38,304 nt of DNA from Chiloscyllium plagiosum (GCF_004010195.1 NC_057720.1:26445371-26483674), one strand, 5' to 3'. Shown: positions 12,967 to 24,910, numbered from the stretch's first letter. A program made the numbers and translations. Notes: generated by a model not told the origin, from the sequence alone.

Positions 12967-13397
12967 TGTAAAATAAGAATACTGCCACTAATGTGGACTC
13001 AAACATTCCAGCCATTGTAGTGCGACTGAACTTGTGAATCATACAACTGCTGAGCAAATGGTCGCTGTGTGATGTGTAATTACTGGGATGCCAAGTTTCA
13101 AGCAGGGAAGTGATTGACAAGTAGATAACCTCCAGCAGCAGGTGGCGATGTTGAGAAAGAACAGCTGGAGCAATCTCTCTCTCTCTCTCTCTGGACTCTC
13201 TCACTAGAAAAAAATGGTACTTCTGGAGGAGGGTGGACTCAAGGGAAGAAAGAGTCCATTAAAAAGGACTCCTCAATCCAATTCCTTCTAAATACTGTAA
13301 ATACTTCCTTGTGTAACCTTTATTATTTTATGTTTGTGATGACCAGATGCCTCCTTCATGATTTTTGGGCTATTCATGTGTTTAATCTCATGTTACA
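12967..13397 (+). mobile_element. Probable 3' LTR of the Gypsy element
   Basis: Begins TGTAA after a short purine run (GGGGA) and ends TTACA. Contains ATTAAA. Lies directly downstream of the integrase remnant. Confidence 0.55.
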
Positions 13398-13454
13398 ATG
13401 TGAAACTAAGCTTGGGTATCTTGGTATTGAAGTATTCAACAGATAGTTACTGCA

Positions 13455-13672
13455 ATCGAGAGTGTGGTGCTGGAAAAGCACAGCAGGTCAGGCAGCATCC
13501 GAGGAGCAGGAAAATTGACGTTTTGGACAAAAGCCCTTCATCAGGAATGATGAAGGGTTTTTGCCCAAAACATTGGTTGTCCTGCTCCTCGGATGCTGCC
13601 TGTCCTGCTGTGCTTTTCCAGCACCATACTCTCAACTCTGATCTCCAGCATCTGCAGTCCTCACTTTCTTCT
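13455..13672. mobile_element. PLE-derived palindromic miniature element
   Basis: Inverted arms meet at CCCTTCATCAGGAATGATGAAGGG, with a ~35 nt unpaired 3' extension. Duplication AGATAGTTACTGCA (13441-13454) / AGATAGTTATTACA (13673-13686). Confidence 0.9.
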
Positions 13673-14489
13673 AGATAGTTATTACAGCTGATTATTATCT
13701 ACAAATGTTACATTATGCTGGTCCATAAGTATCCAGGATAACATAAAGATATTAGGACCATATTTCCAATACAGTGCCATGCTTCAAGTGATCATACATA
13801 AAATGGACTATGAGATCTGTATATCCTCAGATCTCCTACTGTGACACAACTACAATATCATGAGGATGTCTCTTAAAGGAATATTGACTGTGAGACATAC
13901 GTAACAATGAGATCCTTCCCTGAGGCTACTTGGAATATAAAACTGGGTAGAAGAAGAGATTTTTAGAAATTGGAGAATTCATTTGAGATTTCAATCACTC
14001 ACGTTGTGAAAATTGATTTGTTCCCCATTTTGTTTCTCAAAGCAGTAATAAGTTACATTGGTATCTATTGAGCTAAGTAAATCTGATCAGTGTGAATAAA
14101 ACAGTTAAGAAATCATATCAGTCCTTCATCACGTTATGATAACTTAGTCAACTTTTAGAAAGACTGAAACAATATTGACGTGCTCAGGCACAATCATCCA
14201 ATTTTGATCACAAGGGGATTTTATTGCTTACCACTGCTAATGAACAACCAGGTGTAGGTCAATTGACTCAACTTCTTTACAACTGTAAACTCAGACCACT
14301 TAAGGAGAGCCTTACCCACCACTAAATCTAAATTGTAACTGCGCAGAACTCAAGTTTATAAGAGGAGGTATCATCATTTTCACTGCCAAGATCCTTTAAT
14401 TGTCACTAATGAAAAAGTATCAGACATACCGTAAGACAGATGTGGGAGGAATTGGAAAGACCTCCGTTATTAGTATTGCATACACATAC

Positions 14490-15325
14490 ATCATAACCAG
14501 GAAGAGGAGCAGACATTCAATCCTTTGAATTTGATTTTCATTCAATGTGATCCTCGCTGATCTTATATTTCAATGTTACATTCTTGCTTTCTTGATGCCT
14601 TTAAGATCTCAACATTTCTCAATCTCTTTCTTGAATGGAGTTGTGATCCAGCCTGCACAGCATTCTGTGGTAACAATTTCCACAGGTAGACCACCCTCCA
14701 AGTAGAGAAAGATTTCCTCATGATGGATGATCGGGCATTGAATAAATTAAAGGAGAGGACAGACAATTTTTTTAACTAGTAACCAGCTAAAGGATTATGG
14801 GGAGCAGGTAGGAATGTGGAGTTGAAACCAAAATGAGGTTGACCATGATCATATGAAATGGCGGAACAGGCTCGAGGGGCTGTATTGCCTCACCCTGCTC
14901 CTAACTCTTATGTTCTCATCTCAGTCATAAATATCATACTCTGTATTCTGAAACTGTGATCGCTGATTCACAATCAGGGAAACATTCTCACCGCATCTAG
15001 TCTGCCCAGCCCTGTTAGAATTTTACACACTTCAATCAGATCCTCTCCCATTCTTCTAAGTTCAAATGAATTCAGGTCCAATCGAACCATTATCTTCTCC
15101 TGTCCTGTCATCACTGAGGTCTGCAGAGTGAACCTTCACTGCACTTCCTTTATGGCAAGTAACTATTCTACTAGTTACACCTGTAAAATAAAACTCCAGT
15201 ATATTACTTAAACATAATTGTTCTTTCATAAACCTACGCTGACTTTGTCTAATCTTGCTAATGCTTTTCAAGTGTTCTATTATCAGGTCTTTTATAATAG
15301 ACTAATAATTTTCCCCACAACTATG
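14490..15325 (-). mobile_element. Old CR1 fragment with a nested plus-strand CR1 3' end (14722-14916)
   Basis: FST.RVV.LW..LPQ.AV and IRQSQ..FMK..CLSNILEF on the minus strand. The insert ends CCTGCTCCTAACTCTTATGTTCT, with TCAT at both junctions. Confidence 0.7.
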
Positions 15326-15644
15326 GGCTATTACCAGGGCTATTTTCATTAGTACCATGAATGCAATTGATCAAGTACTGGGGATTTGACAGTGTGCAAT
15401 GCTATTAATTTTGAGCACTTTATTTGAAACTAATGCTGATTTTTATCAATTCTTTTCTCTTGTTAGGTCCTTCACTCCCTAATACTTTGGAAAACTGTTT
15501 ATGATCTCTTTTGAGAAGACAGACCAAAAGATGTGTTCAATTCTATTGTCATTTCTTTATTCCCAATTTATTATCCCTAATTACTAACCTATGTTTTTCT
15601 TCATTCCTCTCTAATCTTTTTCTCTTCATAAATCTACAGCACAT

Positions 15645-15757
15645 GGGCTCCAATGATTCTAGCAGTCCATTCACCACCACTTTCTCAAGGGCAACTAAAG
15701 ATGGGCAATAAATGCTGGCCCAGCCAGAGATCCCACATCGCATGAGTGAGTACAAAA
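15645..15757 (+). mobile_element. 3' tail of CR1/L2-group LINE
   Basis: TCACCACCAC.TTCTCAAGGGCAACTAAAGATGGGCAATAAATGCTGGCC, shared with the SINE tails at 8635 and 30100. Confidence 0.7.
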
Positions 15758-15849
15758 CAACCATTTCATCCAAGTGAACAATTCTACAATGTTATGGTCT
15801 CTCCTCCACAATGGACCTCACACAGACACAATTGTTAAGAAATTCTTTT

Positions 15850-16340
15850 TCACTGCATGATAAACTGCTCTTTGAGTTGGTTCCTCAACATACTGGTCAG
15901 AAAAGAACAACAAATACACTCCAGGATTTCCTCCTCCACAGAATTATTACTATCTTGGATTGTCCAGTCTATATGTAGAATAGAACCATGCATGTTTACA
16001 GTCGTACCCTTACTGTATACATCTCTAATCTCCTGTTTAATGCCTCCCATTTCATCTGTGCTAAATGTGGAGGTGCTGGTGTTGGACTGAGGTGCACAAA
16101 GTTAAAAATCTCACAGTACCAGGTTATAGTCCAACAGGTTTATTTGGATCTACAAGCTTTTGGAGAGCTGCTCCTTCATCAGGTAGCTGCTACTGTTTGG
16201 GGACTATGAACAACCCCACCGACATTTTCTATCACGAGGTGTCTCTTATCCAGACACATCCTTCCTCACTTTTGCATTGATTTTCTTCTTTCCTAACAAT
16301 TTACCTAGTTTCCGTTTTTCCTATATATTGAATTCCTTTG
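15850..16340 (-). mobile_element. CR1 endonuclease-region fragment
   Basis: IKQEIRDVYSKG...LHIDW...EEEILECI resembles the CR1 APE GDFN.HIDW region. Confidence 0.65.
16067..16190 (-). mobile_element. PLE pLTR end with near-intact hammerhead (16150-16186)
   Basis: Minus strand reads CUAC CUGAUGA A GGAG CAGCU CUCC AAAAGCUU GUAG. Stem I is CUAC/GUAG; only G12 is changed to A (CpG site). Confidence 0.8.
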
Positions 16341-16586
16341 GATGCTCACTTCCTGCATTTAGTCATCCAGCAATTATATCCCAATTTATTTTTTGCCCTT
16401 GATTTACTGCCTTCCACTTTAGCTTCTTACTTCTCTGTCTGCTGTACAGTTAAGTCTGCAAAGCTAGAAGAAGTGTTTTTTTATTAGAAACAATTTATCC
16501 TAAAAGTGGTTAATGTTTTCCATTATGGTTTAAACTAAGTTAGAGTGCTTTTAAATTAACAATTTGTTGCTGAGCTTGGGGTTTAC

Positions 16587-16751
16587 CTCCTTCTGAATGT
16601 AATCCCCTGAGAACCTTCTACACTTTCCAACTGAGGGGGTTCCTTTCTGCCCACTGCCGATGTCACCCTTGAGTTCACATGACCTCTAATTTCCTTTCTC
16701 TTCTTCCCTATGGGGACAAACCTCCATTGAGCAGACTCACTCCCAGCCTGC
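16587..16751 (-). other. Candidate internal host exon, 165 nt, phase 2-2
   Basis: Acceptor TTTTACTTTTGATTTCTGTACTCTCAG and donor GAG|GTAAAC. Length is divisible by 3 and only one frame is open (QAGSESAQWRFVPIGKKRKEIRGHVNSRVTSAVGRKEPPQLESVEGSQGITFRR). Non-repetitive context. Protein not recognised. Confidence 0.45.
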
Positions 16752-18616
16752 CTGAGAGTACAGAAATCAAAAGTAAAACACAGCATTGCAGCACTCATTG
16801 GCAAATCGCATAAGTAAACTAATGAGCTATAACACCATACACATTTCGTTTCCATTTTAATTTCGCAAGACAAAAGATGGAAAGGATGTGGCATGTAAAA
16901 CATGTTGCCAAAGCATGCCAGATAAACTGATAATCGATCAAAGCTACTGTTCATTGTCAAAAGGTATTTTGTCAAAGTATTTAATCAATCGCTCCCTAAA
17001 GTCATTATAATCAATAAACTTACTGAAGTTGCCAGCGATGGGTCACATGGGTTGAAATTAGTTGAGGTAATTTAAGATCAGTAAATTTTTCTATGTTTCC
17101 TGCATTCATACAAATGATAGTTTGAAGAAAACTAAGCTGAGCTGTAGCTCCACACGATGCACCAGAGGCCAGTGCAAAGAGAGAAATCACTTGTTTTCAG
17201 GGGTCTTAGCATGAGACTATCATTGTAGTTATGTGTGATTGCAAGTACAAAGGAAACAGAGCGTGAACATGTTCCTACATAATTGCAAAGGTGCCTTCTT
17301 CACTGAATCTTTATTCTAAGTGCCTGTTGAAATGTGAAAGCTAAATTACATTGATGCAAAGTGCATATTAACATTTCGCATCAGAGGTCAACACTTACTG
17401 GACTATAACCAACTGAATGAAATAAATTGAAAAAACAAACAAATCAGGAGCACAATCGAGGGCTCCTTTCTGTTACTTTCCGTGAAACAATTGGAATTTG
17501 TTAATATTCCAATCCCTGCTCAGCAGCTGGCCATTTGAGAGGGAGTGCAACCTCAGGTCAGGAATACACGCAGCTTGAATTGGCAGACTGAGGGCTGTAC
17601 CCAGCAATTTGGTCTGGAGCAGGGAAGGAATGATCATGGCGGGAAAGATTGGATTGTGAGGGTGAGATTCCAGAAGAGAAATTAGATCTTGGAATGAGAG
17701 AATATGGGGTTATCGGAGTTCATAGTGAGGGGAGACATTCCAGCAGGTTGAGACTGGATCACTGGGGCAGGGTGAATCTAGTATTGCTGGATGCATGGGA
17801 CTGTCAACAGCAATAAATGGCGTCTTTAATATGACAAAATGTGCAAGGTTATGAACAATCTACTTCAGTCTCAATTACTTGACATTAAAATCAGCTTATT
17901 GTAAGGCCTCAGATTGCTATTAGGTTAGTGGCATCCTTGTTGACAAGCCTGCTTTGTCCTGAAATTATCTCATCAAGGCTAAAGTACCTTTAGACCAAAT
18001 AAATTTGTGTTGGCCTGTTTTGGGGCTCAGGTTATGTATCATTTCATCTGCAGCAGGAATTGACAGTCCAGGTGCCTGAGAGAAATGATGTGGAGTGGCA
18101 GCTTCTCACAGCAGCTGACGGTCAATCAAAAAAATCTGTGGGAGGAGATGACAGGCAGCTCCAGTTCTCAGGCAGAGAGATGTATTTTGGTAACTTGCTA
18201 TTACTCTTCAGCTCTTTGAGGCCTATTGAAGTCCAAATGTCCACCTGGCTACAGCAGGGCAAGTGTTTCATTCACACATCTCCATTCATGTTACAGATTA
18301 ACAGGTCAAGTTTTACTGGGAAGGAAGTCTGCAAAGTGTTGTGCCTTTTTAAAATATCCTGAAACCAAAAGAATTGTGGCTTATATTGATTACATTGTTG
18401 TCTATTTTCTTTTGATAAGCTTGACTTGTAATTTATAATCTTAGTCACACATTGAGAAAAGTCTTTATTCTTCAACTGTCTGTAGATAAGAGAAGCACAT
18501 AAATGATGCTGCCGATTCAGTTAGGTCATTACAATAATAAAGTTTCCCATTTTCCACAAACACCAGCTGATGTGAGTTTAAAGTCATATACCTCTGCCCA
18601 GAAAGTGTTACGATAT

Positions 18617-18860
18617 GGAGGTGCCAGTGTTGGACTGGGGTGGACAAAGTTAAAAATCAGCGTTTCGGGCATAAGCCCTTCTTCAGGAAGGGCTTATGCC
18701 CGAAACGTCGATTCTCCTGTTCCCTGGATGCTGCCTGACCTGCTGCGCTTTTCCAGCAACACATCTCCGGCTCTGATCTCCAGCATCTGCAGACCTCACT
18801 TTCTCCTCAAAGTTAAAAATCACACAACACCAGATTACAGTCCAACAGGTTCATTCAAAT
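18617..18860 (-). mobile_element. PLE pLTR end, interrupted by another PLE-derived insert
   Basis: GGAGGTGCCAGTGTTGGACTGGGGTGGACAAAGTTAAAAATCA...CACAACACCAG..AGTCCAACAGGT matches 16067-16190. Confidence 0.8.
18660..18807. mobile_element. PLE-derived fold-back insert with perfect 15-bp TSD
   Basis: Perfect 21-bp inverted arms at 18661-18681 and 18687-18707. CAAAGTTAAAAATCA at 18645-18659 and 18808-18822. Confidence 0.9.
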
Positions 18861-18964
18861 AATGTGGAGTCGTGTGAGTTTTAACTTAGAAAGTGTTAAT
18901 TGCTGCAAAAGTAAAATCTGAAGAAATCCCAAAGATCAGGATAAGATAGTAGCAAACATTCAGT

Positions 18965-19080
18965 CGTGTTCTGAAAAAGAGTTATTGGACTTGAAACATT
19001 AATTCTGTTTCTCTCTTGACAAATGCGACCAGAACTGTGAAGTTTCTGTTTTAATTACACTTCGGCAATATTTTGCTTTT
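18965..19080 (+). mobile_element. Old PLE pLTR remnant
   Basis: CTGAAAAAGAGTTATTGGACTTGAAACATTAA is a decayed hammerhead-like core, followed by a TCTGTTTCTCTC motif like 33956-34030. Confidence 0.5.
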
Positions 19081-19159
19081 ATGTTAGTTAAGTAAAGCTG
19101 CTCTCTAAAAGTTGGAAATGTGGTAGAATATGGACATGGAAAAGTCCTGAAAATTACAA

Positions 19160-19478
19160 TAGATTCCCTACAGTATGGAATCAGGCACTTCGGCTCAACA
19201 AGTCCACACCAATCTTCTGAAAAGTAACCCACTCAGACCCATTCCCACATTTACTCCTGACTAATACACCTAACAGTATAGGGCAATTTAGCATGACCAA
19301 TTCACCTAGTCAGCACATCTTTGGATTGTGGGAGGAAATCAGAGCACCCACAGGAAACTCACGCAGACACAGGGAGAATGTGCAAATTCCACACGGATGG
19401 TCACCCGAGGCAGGAATCAAACCCAGGCCCCTGGCACTGTGAGGCAGCAGTGCTAACCACTGAGCCACCGTGCCACCC
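19160..19478 (-). mobile_element. HE1 SINE (V-SINE family), full length
   Basis: A box TGGCTCAGTGG, B-box-like GTTTGATTCC, V-domain GAATTTGCACATTCTCCCTGTGTCTGCGTG...TCCTCCCACAATCCAAAG, and HER1-type tail. Confidence 0.93.
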
Positions 19479-19483
19479 TTTTT

Positions 19484-20705
19484 AGACTCTGCAAAAAAAA
19501 ACCAATCTGCTTTGGGAGTTGTGACTTGCTGAACAATGGACCTTGTACAAGAAGGTGTGAGTAAGCTGGGTAGCTCTTCCTAAAGCAGAGACCTAATTAA
19601 GTATGAATTTGATAAAGTCAGTGTGCACACTGCAAAATGTCCAGAAGATGAGGAAATGCACAAAGAGCTCACCAGTCCCCAGGTAGTGGATGAAGAAATG
19701 GGGGTTTGCCATTGGTAGTGTGGTGGTGGGGAGGGAATGGGGAATCAGTAAAATGCCAGGAACCACAGGAGATGCCTCCCCAATGTTTTCCCAAGTGGTT
19801 CCCCAGCTGCAGGAACAACAGGAACCTCAAATGAGGTCTCAGTAATAGACCTCACCCTTGGTGATGAGGCCAAAGCTGTTGGGCCTCAGAAAAGCCTGAC
19901 TGAGTGGGAATCCAATGCTTCATCCTTCATTAGGTAGCCATGCCCCTGCAGTCTAGCTATTATTCTAGGTGGACTCCAGGCCCACTTTAGTCTCGGCAAC
20001 AGGACATCAGTCATAGCAAGAGAACATCAGCCACTATTCCTGAAGTCTAGTTTGAGCTGTGTGGGGGGAGCATGGGTTGAAAGGACAGACAGGTAAGCAG
20101 ATGAATTTAAAATATCAACCACAGAATGATCAAGACCATGCTCAGAGACAGATGGAAATGTTCAAGTGCAGCTTTTCTGCAGATCATCTCTCCAAGATAG
20201 AAGCTGCATGAGGAATATGGAATATAGTACATTAGATTGCAGGTAAAAAATGTATGTTTCTTTCTCCCTGATAGACGGTTGAGAAAATTGTGACAAACTG
20301 CAGATAGTCCACCTGCTTCAAATGCACTATAAAGCAGTAGTCAGTGATAAACAAGTCTCACGCAGCATAATAGACTTTACAATGTAGAAAGAGGATATTC
20401 AACCCATCTTATCTGTGTTGATCAATGGAAGCTGAAAATGTGTTGCTGGAAAAGTGCAGCAGGTCAGGTAGCATCCAAGGAACAGGAGAATCGACGTTTC
20501 GGGCATAAGCNNNNNNNNNNNNNNNNNNNNNNNNNNNNNNNNTTTTCCAGCAACACATTTTCAGCTCTGATCTCCAGCATCTGCAGTCCTCACTTTCTCC
20601 TTGATCAATGGAAGAGCTACCCAGCTTACTCACACCTTCCTATTTAAGGTCCATTGTTCAGCAAGTCACAGTTCCCAAAGCAGACTGGCTTTTTTTGCAG
20701 AGTCT
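19484..20705. repeat. ~97-bp inverted duplication (19484-19580 and 20610-20705)
   Basis: AGACTCTGCAAAA...GTGACTTGCTGAACAATGGACCTT...GTAAGCTGGGTAGCTCTTCC recurs as its reverse complement with few mismatches. Confidence 0.9.
20432..20600. mobile_element. PLE-derived palindromic miniature element with assembly gap at its centre
   Basis: Inverted arms flank the N run 20511-20542. TTGATCAATGGAAG at 20418-20431 and 20601-20614. Confidence 0.9.
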
Positions 20706-20779
20706 CAAAAGAGAAGGAAAACAAAAACACACAGGATGTTGGGATTCTCTGTTTGTTGTGGACAATGGAAGCTGAACAA

Positions 20780-21025
20780 ATTTCCAAGAATGACTCCAGG
20801 AAGGAGATACTTCAATTATGTAAATAGACTGGAGAAGCTGGGTTGCTCTAGGACATGAGAAGGTTGTGAGGAGATTTGAAGTGTTCAAAATCATGGGGCA
20901 CTAGAGAGTAGATTGAGAACAACTATACCCATTGGTGGAATGTTTGAGAACAAGCTGACACTATATTAAGGGAAGTGGCAAACAAATCAAAGACAGAACA
21001 TGAAGGTAACTCATGTTTACACAGA
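20780..21025 (+). mobile_element. Old CR1 ORF2 C-terminal fragment
   Basis: RMTPGRRYFNYVNRLEKLG...GD..VFKIM. Confidence 0.65.
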
Positions 21026-21194
21026 AAACATAAAAGACAGACAAGGCCAGCTGATTCACAGGAACACCATCACCTGCAGATTCCTCTCCGAACTAGATGC
21101 CATCCTGACTTGGAACTTTGGCACAGTTCGTTCACTGTCAATGAGTCAAAATTCTGGAGTTCCCAGCCTATCAGCATGGATGTAAGGAGGACAG

Positions 21195-21530
21195 GTCCAG
21201 GTGGGCAGAGAAAGCAGGTTCACTGGTGCAAGAATTAGCTGAAACAATGGGTCCAACAATGACAGTGCTGTTGGTGTACTTTAGAAGGGAAATAGAAGCA
21301 GGTTCTTCAAGTTTGGCAAAATTGTGGAGAAACCATCTTGAGAGGAGCTAAGGTCAGTGACAGTCCTGGAAAAAAAAATTGTTTGATGTTCAATGTGGGA
21401 TGATGATCTGGAGACAGGTCCATAGCCTACAGTGTTAATTGCATATCTCTCTCTCTCTCATGCTGACTGACCCGCTGCATAATTTTCTGTCTATATTTCA
21501 GATTTCGAGCATCCACATACTTAGCTTTCG
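21195..21530 (-). mobile_element. Old Penelope RT fragment followed by opposite-strand pLTR remnant
   Basis: Minus strand CFYFPSKVHQ...GPIVSANSCTSE resembles the PLE motif RFYLLPKIHK..PGRPIVS. Confidence 0.5.
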
Positions 21531-22754
21531 CTCTGCTTTTCCATCACTCACTCATCATCTACTTATAATCATTATCCTGTCATGTTCGTAAAAGTTGTTG
21601 GCTTCAGATATTGCTAATTTTATTACAAGCAATGTTCAAAAAATTATGTTAAAATAATTTTATTGAACCCTTTGCTCACTATCATTCATTCATTCATTCA
21701 TTCATTGTCATCTCCATCTATTTAACAAGAATTAGTTTCTGTCCGTGCTTCCCAATTCGTAACATTTCTCAAAGCTGTTTTGCATTATTCATACACTGTT
21801 ACCATCTTAGTATTAGGTCCTTCTGCAGCAAGATTTTTATTGACATGACATGAAGTCAGCTGTCAAGAATGAATCAGAAAGACCTCACTTGAATTCAGGT
21901 GATTGAAATACAGAAATTCCAAATCACAAAATGAATCCCAATGGTTATAAGAATACACACAATATATGCACATTTTGGGACTGCAATGTGGAATCCATAG
22001 AATTAAATTTCACTATTTTAACTGGCTTGTCAGATTGAAAATACCAACAGAACAAATCCCAGTATGAATCATTGAGCTGGAGGCTCTAACCTATCTCATT
22101 GCAGTTACAAGTACAGTTATAAGGAAGTTCCCAGACCACTTTACAATGTTGCAACTTATGTGGGAAATGTTACTATTGGACTTTTATTAGTAGACAAATT
22201 GAGATAAACTTTAATATGTTGGCGATCATTTGCAAATATTGATATCCTAATGTTATTATTGTCCACCATGTTATGGGTGTTTTGTCCTCTACATTTAATC
22301 AATGCCAGTTATGACCTAACAGAACTAGTTTTATGGTAACTAGATATCTTTAATATATCAACATCATTTGCTTGTAATATCGAAGTGTAGGGTTGAAAAT
22401 TAGGGAAAATGAGAAGAGGTAGAATAATCGCCAAGTATTTTCAAAAATGGTTTAAAGTTTGGAAAAGATAATTCTGTATGTATTAGTTGACCATTTTAAA
22501 ATAAATGGTTAATCTAATATAAGACTCAGGCAAAAGATGAATATTTTAACAGTGTGAAATGTATAATTTAGAAAGGTCAAATGTTGAGATTTAAATCAAA
22601 GGGAAAGGTAATTAGGGTTTGAAGGTTAAATAACAAAATTCACAGTCAGTGGAAAATAAGGGCTTCTTTAGCTTGGCACCATACTGCAATTTAAGGAACT
22701 GCAAATATCTATATGGTAACTTCAGCAAAATACTATGTAAATTGTGCAAATTTG

Positions 22755-22801
22755 TTTTATACAATGGCAAATTTTATACAATGGCAAGTTTTATACAATG
22801 G
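22755..22801. repeat. 17-bp tandem repeat x2.8 (TTTTATACAATGGCAAR)
   Basis: Units start at 22755, 22772 and 22789. Confidence 0.9.
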
Positions 22802-22929
22802 AGCTTGGAGGTAGCTTGACACCTATTTTAAGTTTCAACTTTTACTTAAGCTATTTGACAGTGAAATAGGCTGCTTTGGGAAATCTTCACCATGGGAAGA
22901 AAGATTGTGGTGTACTGTCTTGGAATCAA

Positions 22930-23850
22930 ATTGTCTTTATAGTTTGTGTGGACAACTACCTCATACTCCGACATTGCTAGAGGGCACCATATGTGTGTTT
23001 ATGTCAATTATTGCAAGCTCAATTCTAACTTGTTTGTCTATTTCCTTTTCCTCCTTTGCTGTAATGAATCTGATTCCAAATCTTTGATCAAGGAATACGA
23101 ATGTATTTTCCAGGCTGATTTGGATCACTTCAATCTTATTCATATCTCTTGCCATGTAAGGAATCCAGACACATACTGCATAATCCAGCTTTGGACAAAC
23201 AGAAGTTTGATAAACAATATCTCTGATGTTTCCATTGCAATACCAAGGATTCCTTCTCAGAAATCCAGGAATCCAGTTTGTTTGATGGTTATCTGCAGAA
23301 TGTGGAACCCTGTTTGAAGATTTACTTAAAGATGAACAGTCAGGTACAGTGTATTTATCTATCAGAGAAATGTATTACATAATTTAAAGCTATCTGATGG
23401 TGATTCCTTTTATTGATGATATCCATGACATAGCATTTGATACCAAAAAAATACTATCTTCCAATGGTCCTGACAGTTATGCTACACTTGATAATCATCT
23501 GACACTGAACTGATATATCGTGAGTTTTTCCTGATGCGTAAACCATACAAATAGTCATACTCTGATTTTTAATTTGTTGGGAAAGTTGTTTGTGTCTGTC
23601 AAAAAGACTAAAGGTCCCAACACAGTTGTTGGGTGGCACGCCATAGAAAAATCTCAAGGAGATGGTGATTCCTCATCACACATCACTGTATCATCTGCAG
23701 GTAGGCAATTCAATTGAGTGATTTTCCCTTGATTCCAGAGTAGTGGAGTTTGAAAACAAAGAAATTTGTCAGAGATGTTTTGCAGAGATTTGTAATTTTG
23801 TGGGAATATTTCACAAAATGTATGATTTGTTTTCTTGAATTCCAACATTA
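22930..23850 (-). mobile_element. Ancient non-LTR RT remnant of a CR1-group lineage distinct from the HER1-like copies
   Basis: KLHYSGIKGKSLN (RC of ~23713-23751), GVPP (~23631-23642), GFLRRNPWYC...YQTSVCPKLDYAVCVWIPY (~23157-23266), LIKDLESDSLQQRR. Confidence 0.75.
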
Positions 23851-24372
23851 AGAGTGCTGCTCATAGCTAAGCTTAACAGTGTTGTAACCTGTGTGTCATG
23901 ACTGAAGATTCTAATCAAGTGCTTGAAGTGTAAGATAGCACATGCATAAAAAGACAGAAGTTTGGACTATTACCTGAAAACATACAGAAATTAAATGTTA
24001 ACACTATTGGCTGAAAAGCTGTGAATATAACTAAACTCTGAGCTCATGGGAATCTCAGCTTTAGATCAGTTACAGGGTAATAGCAGACTGGTAAGGAAGC
24101 TAATTGATATCCAATATAAACAACTCTATTTAAGGAAGTCTGTAAGGGGAAGCCTGGGAACTAGAGACTTGTGAGTCTGACATTGGTGGTGGGCAACTTG
24201 CTGGAGATGATTCTGGAAGGCAGGCATTTGCATGCATTTGAAGAGGAAAAGATTGATTAGGGATAGTCAGCATGATTTTGTGTGAGGGAAATCATGTCTT
24301 ACAAACTTAGAGGTTTTTTTTGAAATAGCAACCAAAAAGATTGAGAGCAGCTCGGTAGGCAATATTTATTTG

Positions 24373-24910
24373 GAGTCGAGAGTGTGGTGCTGGAAAAGCA
24401 CAGCAGGTCAGGCAGCATCTGAGGAGCAGGAGAATGGACATTTCAGACAAAAGTCCTTCATCAGGGAAGAGGCTCGGAGCATAGGCAGTGGAGAGATAAA
24501 TGGGAGGCGGGTGAGACTAGGGGTAAGGTAGCTGAGAGTGTGATAGGTGGATGGAGGAGAGGTTAATGGTAATAGGTCGGAGGGGAGGGTGGAGCCAATA
24601 GGTGGAAAGGAAGATGGACAGGTCATTAGGGTGGTGCTGAGTTGGACTGTTGGAACTGGGATGGGGTTGGGGGGAGGGGAAATGAGGAAACTGGTGAAAT
24701 CCACATTGATGCCATGGGGTTGGAGGGTCCTGAGGTGTAAGATGAGGCGTTCTTCCTCCACGCATCAGGTGGTTAGAGAGTGGTGATGGAGGAGACCCAG
24801 GACCTGCATGTCCTCAGTGAAGTGGGAGGGGGAGTTGAAGTGTTTGGACACAGGGCGGTGGAGTTGGTTAGTGCGGGTGTCCTGGAGATGTTCTCTGAAG
24901 CGCGCTGAGA
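24373..24910 (-). mobile_element. 5'-truncated Penelope-like element: GIY-YIG C-terminus, 3' UTR and pLTR
   Basis: RFREHL...PVSKHFNSPSH...DMQVLGL...EEERLILHLRTLQPHGIN. Its end (CCTGATGAAGGACTTTTGTCTGAAATGTC...CCAGCACCACACTCTCGACTC) is the same sequence as the palindromic miniatures. Confidence 0.9.

Noticed and set aside
18054..18362. 100-aa plus-strand ORF as an exon
   Set aside because: No recognisable domain and weak splice signals.
20511..20542. N run as biological spacer
   Set aside because: Assembly gap at the centre of a palindrome; its true length is unknown.
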